DNA of 64,000 bases from positions 512,001 to 576,000 of the forward strand of contig JAFATB010000014.1 in NCBI GenBank assembly GCA_019244185.1, given 5' to 3'. The notes beneath the pieces are model-generated. The model had not been told where the DNA came from. It did not search any database and saw only the letters and a program-made list of their open reading frames with translations. Position numbers and translations under genes: made by a program. Source of the DNA: Acidobacteriota bacterium (GTDB lineage: Bacteria > Acidobacteriota > Thermoanaerobaculia > Gp7-AA8). Below, in pieces: positions 1 through 8,392 of the stretch (the stretch's first letter is position 1; the number at the start of each line of letters is the position of its first letter).

Positions 1-2
1 AG

Positions 3-215
3 CTCGTGCCGGACGCCATCGCGCAGCCGGTGGTGCAGCCCGGCTGGCGTCCGTTGGTCGTGCTCCGCGACGCGAGCCGCGCGCTCGTTTCCGCGATGCA
101 AGGACTTGCAACCGCGGCGATCTGGTTCATCATCTACCTCGCGCCGCTGCTCGTGCTTCTGCTGCTGGTCGTCCTCGGCATCCGGAAGCTCGCGCGGCGC
201 CTGCGTACCGCATGA
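3..215 (+). CDS. Partial (C-terminal end) DUF4349-like membrane-anchored protein
   Basis: Open from the window edge. Ends with an amphipathic segment, a hydrophobic helix (IWFIIYLAPLLVLLLLVVLGI) and a basic tail, as in DUF4349 C-termini. ATGA overlap with the next gene. Confidence 0.55.
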   Translation, partial: LVPDAIAQPVVQPGWRPLVVLRDASRALVSAMQGLATAAIWFIIYLAPLLVLLLLVVLGIRKLARRLRTA

Positions 216-706
216 ACGAGCTCGTCGCCTACTTCGATCGCATCCGCGCGCGCACGATGCGCCTCGTCGCCGTCGTGCCGCCGGATCGCATCGACTGGAC
301 GTACAAGCCGGGCAAGTTCACATTCGGCGACGTCATGCGGCACCTCGCGGCGATCGAGCGCTGGATGTACGCGGAGAATGCGCAATTCCGGCCGAGCCGC
401 TACGAGAGCCACGGACGCGAGCTCGCCGACGGCTACGACGCCGTCGTCGCGTACATGCAGCGGATGCACGCGGAGTCGATGGAGATCTTCGCCGCGCTCA
501 CCGACGAAGAGCTCGAGCGCCGGACGATGACTCCGGGCGGCGCCGAGCTCTCCGTGCGCAAGTGGCTGCGCGCGATGATCGAGCACGAGGTGCATCACCG
601 CGGGCAGCTCTACCTCTACTGCTCGCTGCTGGACATCCCGACGCCGCCGCTCTACGGCCTCACCTCGGAAGAAGTCGCGGCGCAGTCGGCGTCGGCGAAA
701 CGTTAG
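212..706 (+). CDS. DinB family protein
   Basis: 164 aa with the His pattern TFGDVMRHLA...EHEVHHRGQL typical of DinB/YfiT four-helix bundles. Confidence 0.85.
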   Translation: MNELVAYFDRIRARTMRLVAVVPPDRIDWTYKPGKFTFGDVMRHLAAIERWMYAENAQFRPSRYESHGRELADGYDAVVAYMQRMHAESMEIFAALTDEELERRTMTPGGAELSVRKWLRAMIEHEVHHRGQLYLYCSLLDIPTPPLYGLTSEEVAAQSASAKR

Positions 707-1347
707 CGCAGGTACAGCTTCAGCACGAACGCCGCGCCGATCGCGCCGCCGTTCGTGGTCGGACCGCCGGCCCACCAGACGTTCACGTCGTACGTGCCCG
801 GCGGGACATCGCCCGGCCCGGTGCCGACGCGCTGGAAGAAGTTGGCGCCGATCTCGTCGACGTCCTTCTCCGCCTCGATCGCCACCGCGGGCGCGGGACG
901 GCCGAACGGCGTCTCGTAATGCCCGAACATGTGCCGGTGCGCGGCCGTGCCGGCCGCGGTGAGCGTCACCTGAAACATGGTGATGCTCGAGACGCCGTAC
1001 GTCTGGCGGCTGCCGACGAGCGCGCTGAAGTGCGCGTCGAGACACGTGCCGGCGCCGAGCTTCACGCGCGTGGTGAGGATCGGCGTCTTGTCGAACAGAC
1101 CGCCTTCACCGCCGCCCGCCGGCGCGTTCCAGTTCGCGGCCGTGGTCTTGATTCCTTCGAAGCCGACGTCCTGCACGTACGTGATGGGCGCGCGGCACTC
1201 GCTGGCGGCGGGATGCGCGAATGACTTCGCGCCGGGGATCTGCCGCGGCGCCTGCGCGGGTTTGGACAACATGCCTCCGCGCTCCTGCGCGAACGCGCCG
1301 AAACCGCAGAGAACGATGACAACACTGAATGCGATCCTGATCTTCAT
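703..1347 (-). CDS. Hypothetical secreted protein
   Basis: AGGAGG SD 8 nt before ATG 1347. Signal peptide MKIRIAFSVVIVLCGFGAFA. Beta-rich, two Cys in the mature part, no recognised family. Confidence 0.7.
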   Translation of the reverse strand: MKIRIAFSVVIVLCGFGAFAQERGGMLSKPAQAPRQIPGAKSFAHPAASECRAPITYVQDVGFEGIKTTAANWNAPAGGGEGGLFDKTPILTTRVKLGAGTCLDAHFSALVGSRQTYGVSSITMFQVTLTAAGTAAHRHMFGHYETPFGRPAPAVAIEAEKDVDEIGANFFQRVGTGPGDVPPGTYDVNVWWAGGPTTNGGAIGAAFVLKLYLR

Positions 1348-1414
1348 GGAACGCACCTCCTTGTCCGGATAGTGCGTCCCGCGGCGGAACCGTTTCAGCG
1401 TGCGTTCTAGCGTT

Positions 1415-3631
1415 TCAGTGCACGGCGCGGCGCTTCGGCGGCACGCGCGTGAGCGTCACGTGCGTGGTCTGTCCGCTGTTGCGCGGAATCGTCAGCACCG
1501 TGCCGTGCGCGGTGCGCGACGAACGCACGTCGCTCGTGTTGAACGCGCCCGGAAGCGTGAGCTGGAACGAGCCGCTGGCATTCGCGCTCGGATCGGCGGC
1601 GTAGAGTTGCATCGTGTTGAAGTCGCCGGTCATGTAGACGACGGCCGCCGCGCTCGACGAAATGCCTTCGACGCTGCCCGCGCGCCAGAAGGCGATGCCG
1701 AGCGCATTCGTGCGCGTGTCGCGCACCGCGCTGACCGTGTCGTCGTTCGCGACGATCGCAAGCGGACGCGAGGCCGCCCACGCGCGCATCTGCGACGACG
1801 TCACGTTCGGCACGATCGCGTACTCGGCGGTCGCATTCACGGGACTCGTGCCGTGATCGAAGCGCAGCGTGACGAACGACTTCGTGTGCGGCGTCGTATC
1901 GCTCGAGCCGCCGAGGGCTGCCCAGGTGCCGGTGCGCGTCTCGCGCGAGGTCTGCACCGCGTCGGCGCCGCCGGGGAACCAGTAGCCGACGTTTTCGAGC
2001 TGCGCCCAGTCGGTGCCGCGCGCGAGCTGCGACGTTTCATTTACGAGCGGCCACTGATTGACGATCGTTTCGACGCGATTGCCGCTCAGCGCGGTGATGT
2101 CGTTCGCGAGGAAGACGATCGCGTCGTCGAAGAAGAACCACGACTTCTTCGCGGTCATCGACGATCCGAGCGGCGCGAGCTCCATCGCGGAGACGCCGTT
2201 CTGCGCGTCGCCGGTGCCGCCCGCATACGAGCGCGTGCCGAGGCCGTAGAGATCGTTCGCGGTGTCGGCTTTCTGTTCGACCGTGATGCCGGGGAGGCGC
2301 GTCCAGTCGAGCGCCGGCCAGACGTCCTGGTTGAAGTATTCATCGCCGCGGATGACGAGATAAAGACGTCCGTCCGACTGCCGCGCGCCGTGGAGATTCT
2401 CTTCGTTCGTTTTCTCGCCGGACTTCGTGCGCGTGGAGAACATCTTGATCGACGCGAACCAGTTGGGCCGGCGGTGCACGGTGTAATCGGACGTGAAGTA
2501 GTGGCGATGGCCGGACGGCCACGCCGCGGCGAAGCGCGCGCTCTCGATCTGCGCGGCGAGGCCCGCGAGCTCGGTCGGCATCGTGCCGTGCCACGTCTCG
2601 AGCGCTTTCGCGGCCGAGGCGCGGAGCTCGTTCGCGCGCGGGGACGCGAACTGCGAGGCCTGCAGCAGCGCGGCCACGCCGTTGTAGCCGCTCGTCGTCG
2701 GACGCGCGACTTCGCGGCTGATGACGGAGACGTCGAAGTAGTTGCCGTACAGCGACCACGCGATGCCGTCCTGTACGTAATCCGCGAACGCGGAGAGCGC
2801 GTCCGACGTCAGCTCGTACGGCGTATTGCGCGTGAGCAGCGCGTAGCGCGCGAAGTCGTTCGCGAACGAGCCGCCGTAGCCGCCGGTGTAGAGCTGCGCG
2901 CCGTGCTGGTGGAACGAGCGGTCGCTCTGGATGCCGTCGCCGGTGGTCGTGCGCGTGACGCCGCTCATCGCGTCGCGCACCGCCGCGAGCATCGTCGCGT
3001 CGTTCTTCAGGATGCCGAGCGAGAGATGCGTGTAGCAGGACCAGACGAGGTTCTCGCCGGTCGGTGTCGGACCGATGATGCCGCGCGACGCCGGCGAGCT
3101 GCCGATGCGCACGTACATCGCGGTCGTGAGATCGCTCAGCGTCTGCGGATCGATCTCGTCGCGCATGAGCACGAGCGTCGGTCCGAGGTCGAGCGGAATG
3201 CCCATCGTCCAGAACCACCAGTTGCCGGTGGGGATGATGGTCGCGCCGTAGAACTTCTTCTCGTACGCGAGCGCCGCGTCGATCTGCGTGCGCAGCCGCG
3301 CGTCGCGATAGAACGCCTGCCCCGGCGTCTGGTACGCCTTGGCCATCACCAGCGCGCGCTGCGAGTGACTCCACGGGCTCCAGCTGCCGTCGGGCGTTTC
3401 GCTGTAATTGACGTCGGACCAGCTGCCGTCGTCGCGCAGGAATCCCGCGGCGGTGATGCCGCGCGTTTCCGCCTCGAGGTTCTGCAGCGCCTCGGTCATG
3501 CGCGGCGTCGTGCGATCGGCGCCGGCGGCGGTGTAGAACGCGACGAACTGCTGGCGAAGCACGTCGGACGCCGACGCGGAAAGCGACGCGAAGGAGAGCA
3601 AAAGCAGCGCGAGGGAAAGGGTCCGTTTCAT
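1415..3631 (-). CDS. Polysaccharide lyase family 8 (chondroitin AC/hyaluronate/xanthan lyase-like), secreted
   Basis: Signal peptide. Motifs NWW, TGENLVW, DGIQSDRSFHQHGAQLYTGGYG, SREVAR, DWTRLPGIT, AKKSWFFFDD match PL8. Ends in PPKRRAVH. Confidence 0.9.
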   Translation of the reverse strand: MKRTLSLALLLLSFASLSASASDVLRQQFVAFYTAAGADRTTPRMTEALQNLEAETRGITAAGFLRDDGSWSDVNYSETPDGSWSPWSHSQRALVMAKAYQTPGQAFYRDARLRTQIDAALAYEKKFYGATIIPTGNWWFWTMGIPLDLGPTLVLMRDEIDPQTLSDLTTAMYVRIGSSPASRGIIGPTPTGENLVWSCYTHLSLGILKNDATMLAAVRDAMSGVTRTTTGDGIQSDRSFHQHGAQLYTGGYGGSFANDFARYALLTRNTPYELTSDALSAFADYVQDGIAWSLYGNYFDVSVISREVARPTTSGYNGVAALLQASQFASPRANELRASAAKALETWHGTMPTELAGLAAQIESARFAAAWPSGHRHYFTSDYTVHRRPNWFASIKMFSTRTKSGEKTNEENLHGARQSDGRLYLVIRGDEYFNQDVWPALDWTRLPGITVEQKADTANDLYGLGTRSYAGGTGDAQNGVSAMELAPLGSSMTAKKSWFFFDDAIVFLANDITALSGNRVETIVNQWPLVNETSQLARGTDWAQLENVGYWFPGGADAVQTSRETRTGTWAALGGSSDTTPHTKSFVTLRFDHGTSPVNATAEYAIVPNVTSSQMRAWAASRPLAIVANDDTVSAVRDTRTNALGIAFWRAGSVEGISSSAAAVVYMTGDFNTMQLYAADPSANASGSFQLTLPGAFNTSDVRSSRTAHGTVLTIPRNSGQTTHVTLTRVPPKRRAVH

Positions 3632-3644
3632 GGTCTCGGAGAAA

Positions 3645-3672
3645 CAAAAAGGACGGCGCTACGCCGTCCTTT
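3645..3672 (-). terminator. Intrinsic terminator after the cold-shock gene
   Basis: Stem AAAGGACGGCG / loop / CGCCGTCCTTT, followed on the minus strand by a T tract. Confidence 0.8.
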
Positions 3673-3696
3673 CATCCATTGTGGTTCTGTCGTTGA

Positions 3697-3900
3697 TTAG
3701 ACGGGAACGACGTTCGCGGCCTGCAGGCCCTTGGGTCCCTGGACGAGATCGAACTCGACCTGAGCTCCCTCGGCGAGCGAGCGGAAGCCCTTCGACTGAA
3801 TCGCCGAGAAATGGACGAAGACGTCTTCGCCTCCCTCGGTAGTGATGAAGCCGAAGCCTTTTGCGTCGTTGAACCACTTGACTTTACCGGTGCTACGCAT
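3697..3900 (-). CDS. Cold-shock protein (CspA family)
   Basis: 67 aa, [16 protein letters not shown] and DVFVHFSAI (RNP1/RNP2). Start moved to ATG 3900. Confidence 0.95.
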   Translation of the reverse strand: MRSTGKVKWFNDAKGFGFITTEGGEDVFVHFSAIQSKGFRSLAEGAQVEFDLVQGPKGLQAANVVPV

Positions 3901-4022
3901 ACCTCGAGGTTCTCCTTCTTCTGACGACCGTACGTGATTGGACTGCACGGAGATCAACGCGTGCCGATCGCAACACCTCATTTCGACAAATAAATTTCAA
4001 GGCATTACGCGGGGCGCAAAGT

Positions 4023-6293
4023 TTACCCTGCGGTGAAGTAGACGTTCTGTTCGCGACCGCACATAGCGCACTGGCGCGTGACGATGGTCATGTCGCGCTC
4101 GCCATACCGCGCGCGCTGCAGCTCGGGCACCGACCACGCGCGCGTGCCGCACGTGCAGGCGAGACCGGCGAGATGCGCGTCGATGCCGGTGCGGTCTGCG
4201 ACGGCGACCGCGACGGCGGGCGCCTCGCCGGGACGGAAGCCGACCCGCGGCACGACGGCCGTGGCGCGACGCTTCGAGCGCGTGGCGAATAATCCCGACG
4301 CTCCGAAGACGAGCGCCACGATCAAGAGGCCGACGCCCCACTTCAGCGGCGACGCGGCCGCGCTCGCGGCGGCGACCGGCTGCTCGCGCTGCACGCGCGC
4401 GCCGTCGGGCGAGAGTCGGTAGCCGAGGGAATCCCAGATCGCGTTGATCTGCGTGAGGTGTTCGGGGACGTCATGGACGTCGACGTAGTCGCGGCGCGCG
4501 CGCAGCGACTTGCGCAGCCAGACGCTGCGGCCGTCGCTGTCGACGACCGACTCGTAGCGGAACGTCGGCGTCTCGGTGACGCTCTTCGTCTTCTCGATGT
4601 CTATGCGCTCGGGCAGATGGAACGTCACGGTCTGCCGCACGTCGAGCGGATAGTCGAACGCGAGCGGCATCGAGCGGATCATCGTGTCGGGGCGATCGAA
4701 GTGCGCGTCGAGCACGCGCGGATACCACGTCCAGTTGCCGTCGTTCCAGAGGTCGGGGATGCGGTAGTGCTCGTTGACGACGATGACGTCGCGCAGGCGG
4801 TCGTCGTCGATCTTCGGCGCGCCGGCGGACGCGATCTTCGGCTGATCGGCGGCGAGGTCGTTGATGCGGTCGTGCGCGAAGTCCTCGACCGACATCCGCG
4901 CCAGCGACGCGCGCATGTCGTCGGCGTCGGCGCCGGTGTAGGTCGTCTTCACGTCGAGCAGCGTCGGCTTCGCGTAGTCGGTGGTCGTGTACGTCTGCTC
5001 GACGACGGTCGAGCCCTGCTCGTTGGTGACGATGTTCGCGAGCGCGCGCGTCTCCGGACGCACGACCAGCGCGCGGCGGTCGTTCGGCGTCTCGAGCGTG
5101 CGCAGCGTGCCGCCCTGATCGGCGATCGTGCCGTCGACCCAGTACGTGCGGCCGCCGTCGATGACCTGCGTGATCACGTGATCGAAGAGGAACGGCGAGG
5201 GGAGGCGATCGGCGAGCCGTTCGCGCAGGCGCGTGTTGACGAGCGCGGGATACGCCTCGAGGCCGAGCTCGCGCAGCAGCGCGACGAGCAGGAACGTTTT
5301 GTCCTTGCAGTCGCCGTAGCGCTGGTCGAGCGTTTCCGACGGCTGATGCGGCTCGTGCGAGTTGCGGCCGAACTCGATGCCGAGGTAGCGGACGTCGTCC
5401 TGCACGAACCGGATGGCGGCGGTGATGCGCGCGTCGCGGTTCGGGTTCTCGCGCGTGAGGCGCGCGGCGAGCGCGCGCACGGCGTCGCGCGAGCGCGCGT
5501 CGAGCTGGAACATCGCGTCGGACCAGCGGGCGACGTCGTTCCAGCTCGCGAAGTCGGTGACCTGCACGAGGTCCCACGGCTCGTACCACGACGGGATCGC
5601 GTCCTCGACGTCGAGCGCGTGCACGTTCGCGCGCTCCCACACGAGCTCCTGTTCGGCGCCATACGGCGTGATGCGCGGCCGCGTGCCGCGCCAGAAGAGC
5701 GGGCGATTTGCGGGGAAGAGCAGGCGGCAGCGCACGCGCCGGGTGGGCACGGCGGAGCTGAGGTCGTACGAGTCGGCGTAGCGACCGTCGAGCAGCGGAT
5801 TGTCGCCGTCGATCGACCACGCGTAGTCGATGACGTCGCCGGGACGAACATCCTTGAGGAAGACCAGCGCGCTGCGCTCGCCATCGTAGATGTCCTCGTC
5901 CGCATCCTCTTCTTTGTCGACGACGCGCACGGCGTCCGGCTCCAGCGCGTCGACGCGTTTGCCATCGCGGACGATCGTGATCGCGTGCAGCGTCAGCCGC
6001 TCGTACGACGGATCGAAGTCGAGCGAGAGCTCGGAGGCGTTCTGCACGCCGCTCGGCGAGAGCACTTTGCGCACGGTGCGGTGAAAGTGCGACGTCGTGC
6101 GATCGGCGACGCGCACCTGATGGTCTTCGAGGATGTCGTAGATGCCCCAGCGGACGTTCGACTTCGCGACGGAGAGCGTCGTGTCGGCGTCGGCGCGATC
6201 GACCCACGCCGGAACCGGGCGCACGTCGAACTCGCGCGCGGAGGCCGCGAACGCGACGAGCGAACAGAGGAAGAGGAGAATCGTGGACCGCAC
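4023..6293 (-). CDS. DUF3857 plus transglutaminase-like domain protein with C-terminal TM and Cys4 ribbon
   Basis: Signal peptide, DVRPGDVIDY (DUF3857), FVQDDVRY, RYGDCKDK (catalytic Cys), FDHVI, YWVDGT. Confidence 0.85.
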   Translation of the reverse strand: MRSTILLFLCSLVAFAASAREFDVRPVPAWVDRADADTTLSVAKSNVRWGIYDILEDHQVRVADRTTSHFHRTVRKVLSPSGVQNASELSLDFDPSYERLTLHAITIVRDGKRVDALEPDAVRVVDKEEDADEDIYDGERSALVFLKDVRPGDVIDYAWSIDGDNPLLDGRYADSYDLSSAVPTRRVRCRLLFPANRPLFWRGTRPRITPYGAEQELVWERANVHALDVEDAIPSWYEPWDLVQVTDFASWNDVARWSDAMFQLDARSRDAVRALAARLTRENPNRDARITAAIRFVQDDVRYLGIEFGRNSHEPHQPSETLDQRYGDCKDKTFLLVALLRELGLEAYPALVNTRLRERLADRLPSPFLFDHVITQVIDGGRTYWVDGTIADQGGTLRTLETPNDRRALVVRPETRALANIVTNEQGSTVVEQTYTTTDYAKPTLLDVKTTYTGADADDMRASLARMSVEDFAHDRINDLAADQPKIASAGAPKIDDDRLRDVIVVNEHYRIPDLWNDGNWTWYPRVLDAHFDRPDTMIRSMPLAFDYPLDVRQTVTFHLPERIDIEKTKSVTETPTFRYESVVDSDGRSVWLRKSLRARRDYVDVHDVPEHLTQINAIWDSLGYRLSPDGARVQREQPVAAASAAASPLKWGVGLLIVALVFGASGLFATRSKRRATAVVPRVGFRPGEAPAVAVAVADRTGIDAHLAGLACTCGTRAWSVPELQRARYGERDMTIVTRQCAMCGREQNVYFTAG

Positions 6294-6311
6294 GAGGCCG
6301 AGGATTGTAAG

Positions 6312-6932
6312 TTATTTGGTAGCCCACGAACAGATGAGGCAGGCCTTTGAGTCGTGTCCGCGCGCCGGACAGTACTCGCGGCCGAAGTAGATCAGCTGCA
6401 GGTGCCGCTTGCCCCATTCTTCCGGCGGGAAGAGCTTCTTGAGATCGCGCTCGGTCTGCTCGACGCTCTTGCCGTTCGAGAGACGCCAGCGCTGCGCGAG
6501 GCGATGGATGTGCGTGTCGACGGCGAACGCGGGCGTGCCGAACGCCTGCGACATCACCACGCTCGCGGTCTTGTGGCCGACGCCGGGCAGCGTCTCGAGC
6601 GCCTCCATGTCGCGCGGCACCGTGCCGCCGTAGTCGTCGACGAGCGTCTGCGAGAGCTTCTTGATGTTGCGCGCTTTCGACGGCGCGAGGCCGCAGCTGC
6701 GAATTGCGCCGAGGATCTCCGCTTCGCTCAGCTTCGCCATCGCGTGCGGTGTCGACGCGAGGGCGAAGAGCGCGGGCGTGACTTTGTTGACCTGGACGTC
6801 GGTGGTTTGTGCGGACATCAGCACCGCGACGAGAAGGGTGAACGGATCGCGATGCTCCAGCGGAATCGGTGGCGTCGGATACAGCTCGTCAAGAATCTCA
6901 CCGATGCGTTTCGCTTTGTCCGCACGCTTCAT
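6312..6932 (-). CDS. nth: Endonuclease III
   Basis: LLVAVLMSAQTTD, HhH motif LPGVGHKTASVV, AVDTHIHR. ATGA overlap with the upstream gene. Confidence 0.92.
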   Translation of the reverse strand: MKRADKAKRIGEILDELYPTPPIPLEHRDPFTLLVAVLMSAQTTDVQVNKVTPALFALASTPHAMAKLSEAEILGAIRSCGLAPSKARNIKKLSQTLVDDYGGTVPRDMEALETLPGVGHKTASVVMSQAFGTPAFAVDTHIHRLAQRWRLSNGKSVEQTERDLKKLFPPEEWGKRHLQLIYFGREYCPARGHDSKACLICSWATK

Positions 6933-7462
6933 CGCGCATCCTCGGATGCGCGCCACTGCTCGACGAACACCGGCAGCGGCGGCGAGGTCGTCTCGGCGAT
7001 GTCCATCATCGCCAGCACGTCGCGCGGCGGAATCGTTCCCTGCTTGCTGCGAATGACGGTGCGTGCATGTGCGACCGCACAGAATTCGGCGGCGCCCTTT
7101 TCAGCGTTGCGCTTTTCGACGATGTGCTCGAGGTAGAACCAACGCTCGTCCCAGCCGACGAGCCGCGTGCGGATCGTGAAGCGCTCGAACGGCAGCACCG
7201 ACTTGCGATAGCGCACCACGATGCCGCCCATCACCGGACGCCAGCCGCGCGCGAGCATGCGCCGGATCAGCCGCATGCGTCCGATCAGCTCGATGCGCGC
7301 GATGTCCATGAACGAGACGAAGCGCCCCGCGTTGAGATGGAAGTTGAGATCGCAGTCGGTGGGCAGCGCGGTGAAGGTGACCTGCGATTCGTCGAGCGTG
7401 CCGAGGCGCTTCCTCAGCACGCTCGCGAACATGGCCAGGAGAAACCGCGGCAGCAGCAGCAT
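6929..7462 (-). CDS. Hotdog-fold thioesterase family protein (4HBT-like)
   Basis: PTDCDLNFHLNAGRF, GWDERWFYLEH. Confidence 0.8.
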   Translation of the reverse strand: MLLLPRFLLAMFASVLRKRLGTLDESQVTFTALPTDCDLNFHLNAGRFVSFMDIARIELIGRMRLIRRMLARGWRPVMGGIVVRYRKSVLPFERFTIRTRLVGWDERWFYLEHIVEKRNAEKGAAEFCAVAHARTVIRSKQGTIPPRDVLAMMDIAETTSPPLPVFVEQWRASEDAR

Positions 7463-8157
7463 CAGTCGAGATCGAAGAGCAGCGCCTCGGCGCCGCGTCC
7501 CACGATCGTAACCGATGCCTCGTCTTCGATGGCCGCGCCGTCGCCCGCGCGGAGCGTCGTGCCGTTGACGTCCACTTCGCCGCGCGCGACCTGCAGCCAG
7601 CCCGCGCGGTTCGGCGCGAACGCGTGCGTCACCGACGCGTCGCCGTCGAGCAGCGTCGAATAGACGGACACGTTCTGATGGATCGTCACCGAGCCGTCGC
7701 GGCCGTCGGGCGAGGCGACGAGGCGCAGCGTGTTGTGGCGCGCGTTCTCATCGAAATGCTTCTCTTCGTAGCCGGGGGTGAGGCCGCGGCGCTCGGGGAG
7801 AATCCAGATCTGCAGAAAGTGCACGCCCTCGTCTTCCGACGGATTCATCTCGCTGTGCAGTACGCCGGTGCCGGCGCTCATGCGCTGCACGTCGCCGGGA
7901 CGGATCGCGGAGCCGTTGCCCATCGAGTCGCGGTGCGCGAGCGTGCCCTCGAGCACGTACGAGAGGATCTCCATGTCGCGGTGGCCGTGCGTGCCGAAGC
8001 CGACGCCCGCCTTCACGCGATCCTCATTGATGACGCGCAGCGAGCGGAAGCCCATGAAGCGCGGATCGTGGTAATCGGCGAAGGAAAACGTGTGGTACGT
8101 GTTGAGCCAGCCGTGGTCGAAATGACCGCGCTCGTCGGCGCGGCGGACGGTGATCAT
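7462..8157 (-). CDS. Pirin family protein (YhhW-like)
   Basis: GWLNTYHTFSFADY, LRVINED, THGHRDMEI, MSAGTGVLHSE. SD GGAGG before ATG 8157. Confidence 0.92.
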   Translation of the reverse strand: MITVRRADERGHFDHGWLNTYHTFSFADYHDPRFMGFRSLRVINEDRVKAGVGFGTHGHRDMEILSYVLEGTLAHRDSMGNGSAIRPGDVQRMSAGTGVLHSEMNPSEDEGVHFLQIWILPERRGLTPGYEEKHFDENARHNTLRLVASPDGRDGSVTIHQNVSVYSTLLDGDASVTHAFAPNRAGWLQVARGEVDVNGTTLRAGDGAAIEDEASVTIVGRGAEALLFDLD

Positions 8158-8212
8158 CGTGTGCCTCCTGCCACCAGCAACAAGCATGCATTCCCGCTAT
8201 GATGCTCCGCCA

Positions 8213-8392
8213 ATGCACGACGAGCCTCCGCCGCGCGAGCTTCCGGAGCGCACCGGCAAGCATTACTGCGTGACGTGCCTCGCGCAGGTGCCGGCCGACG
8301 AGTATTTCGCGAACGATCACATCTGCAATGCCTGCGCGTTGAAAGAGAGCGAGAAAGAAGCAGGCAATGAGCCGCGTCGCCGTCGTCCATGA
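8213..8392 (+). CDS. Small CxxC...CxxC putative zinc-binding protein
   Basis: 59 aa, HYCVTC...HICNAC. TATGAT 9 nt upstream. Overlaps the start of the glycosyltransferase. Confidence 0.55.
   Translation: MHDEPPPRELPERTGKHYCVTCLAQVPADEYFANDHICNACALKESEKEAGNEPRRRRP

Noticed and set aside
3901-4022. Sigma54 promoter upstream of the cold-shock gene (CGGCACG on the minus strand)
   Set aside because: No GC at the -12 position.
8378-8392. PRRRRP end of the small zinc-finger ORF, and GFGRH end of 54230..54736, as further tail examples
   Set aside because: The first has no signal peptide and is constrained by the gene overlap. The second lacks the RRxV core.
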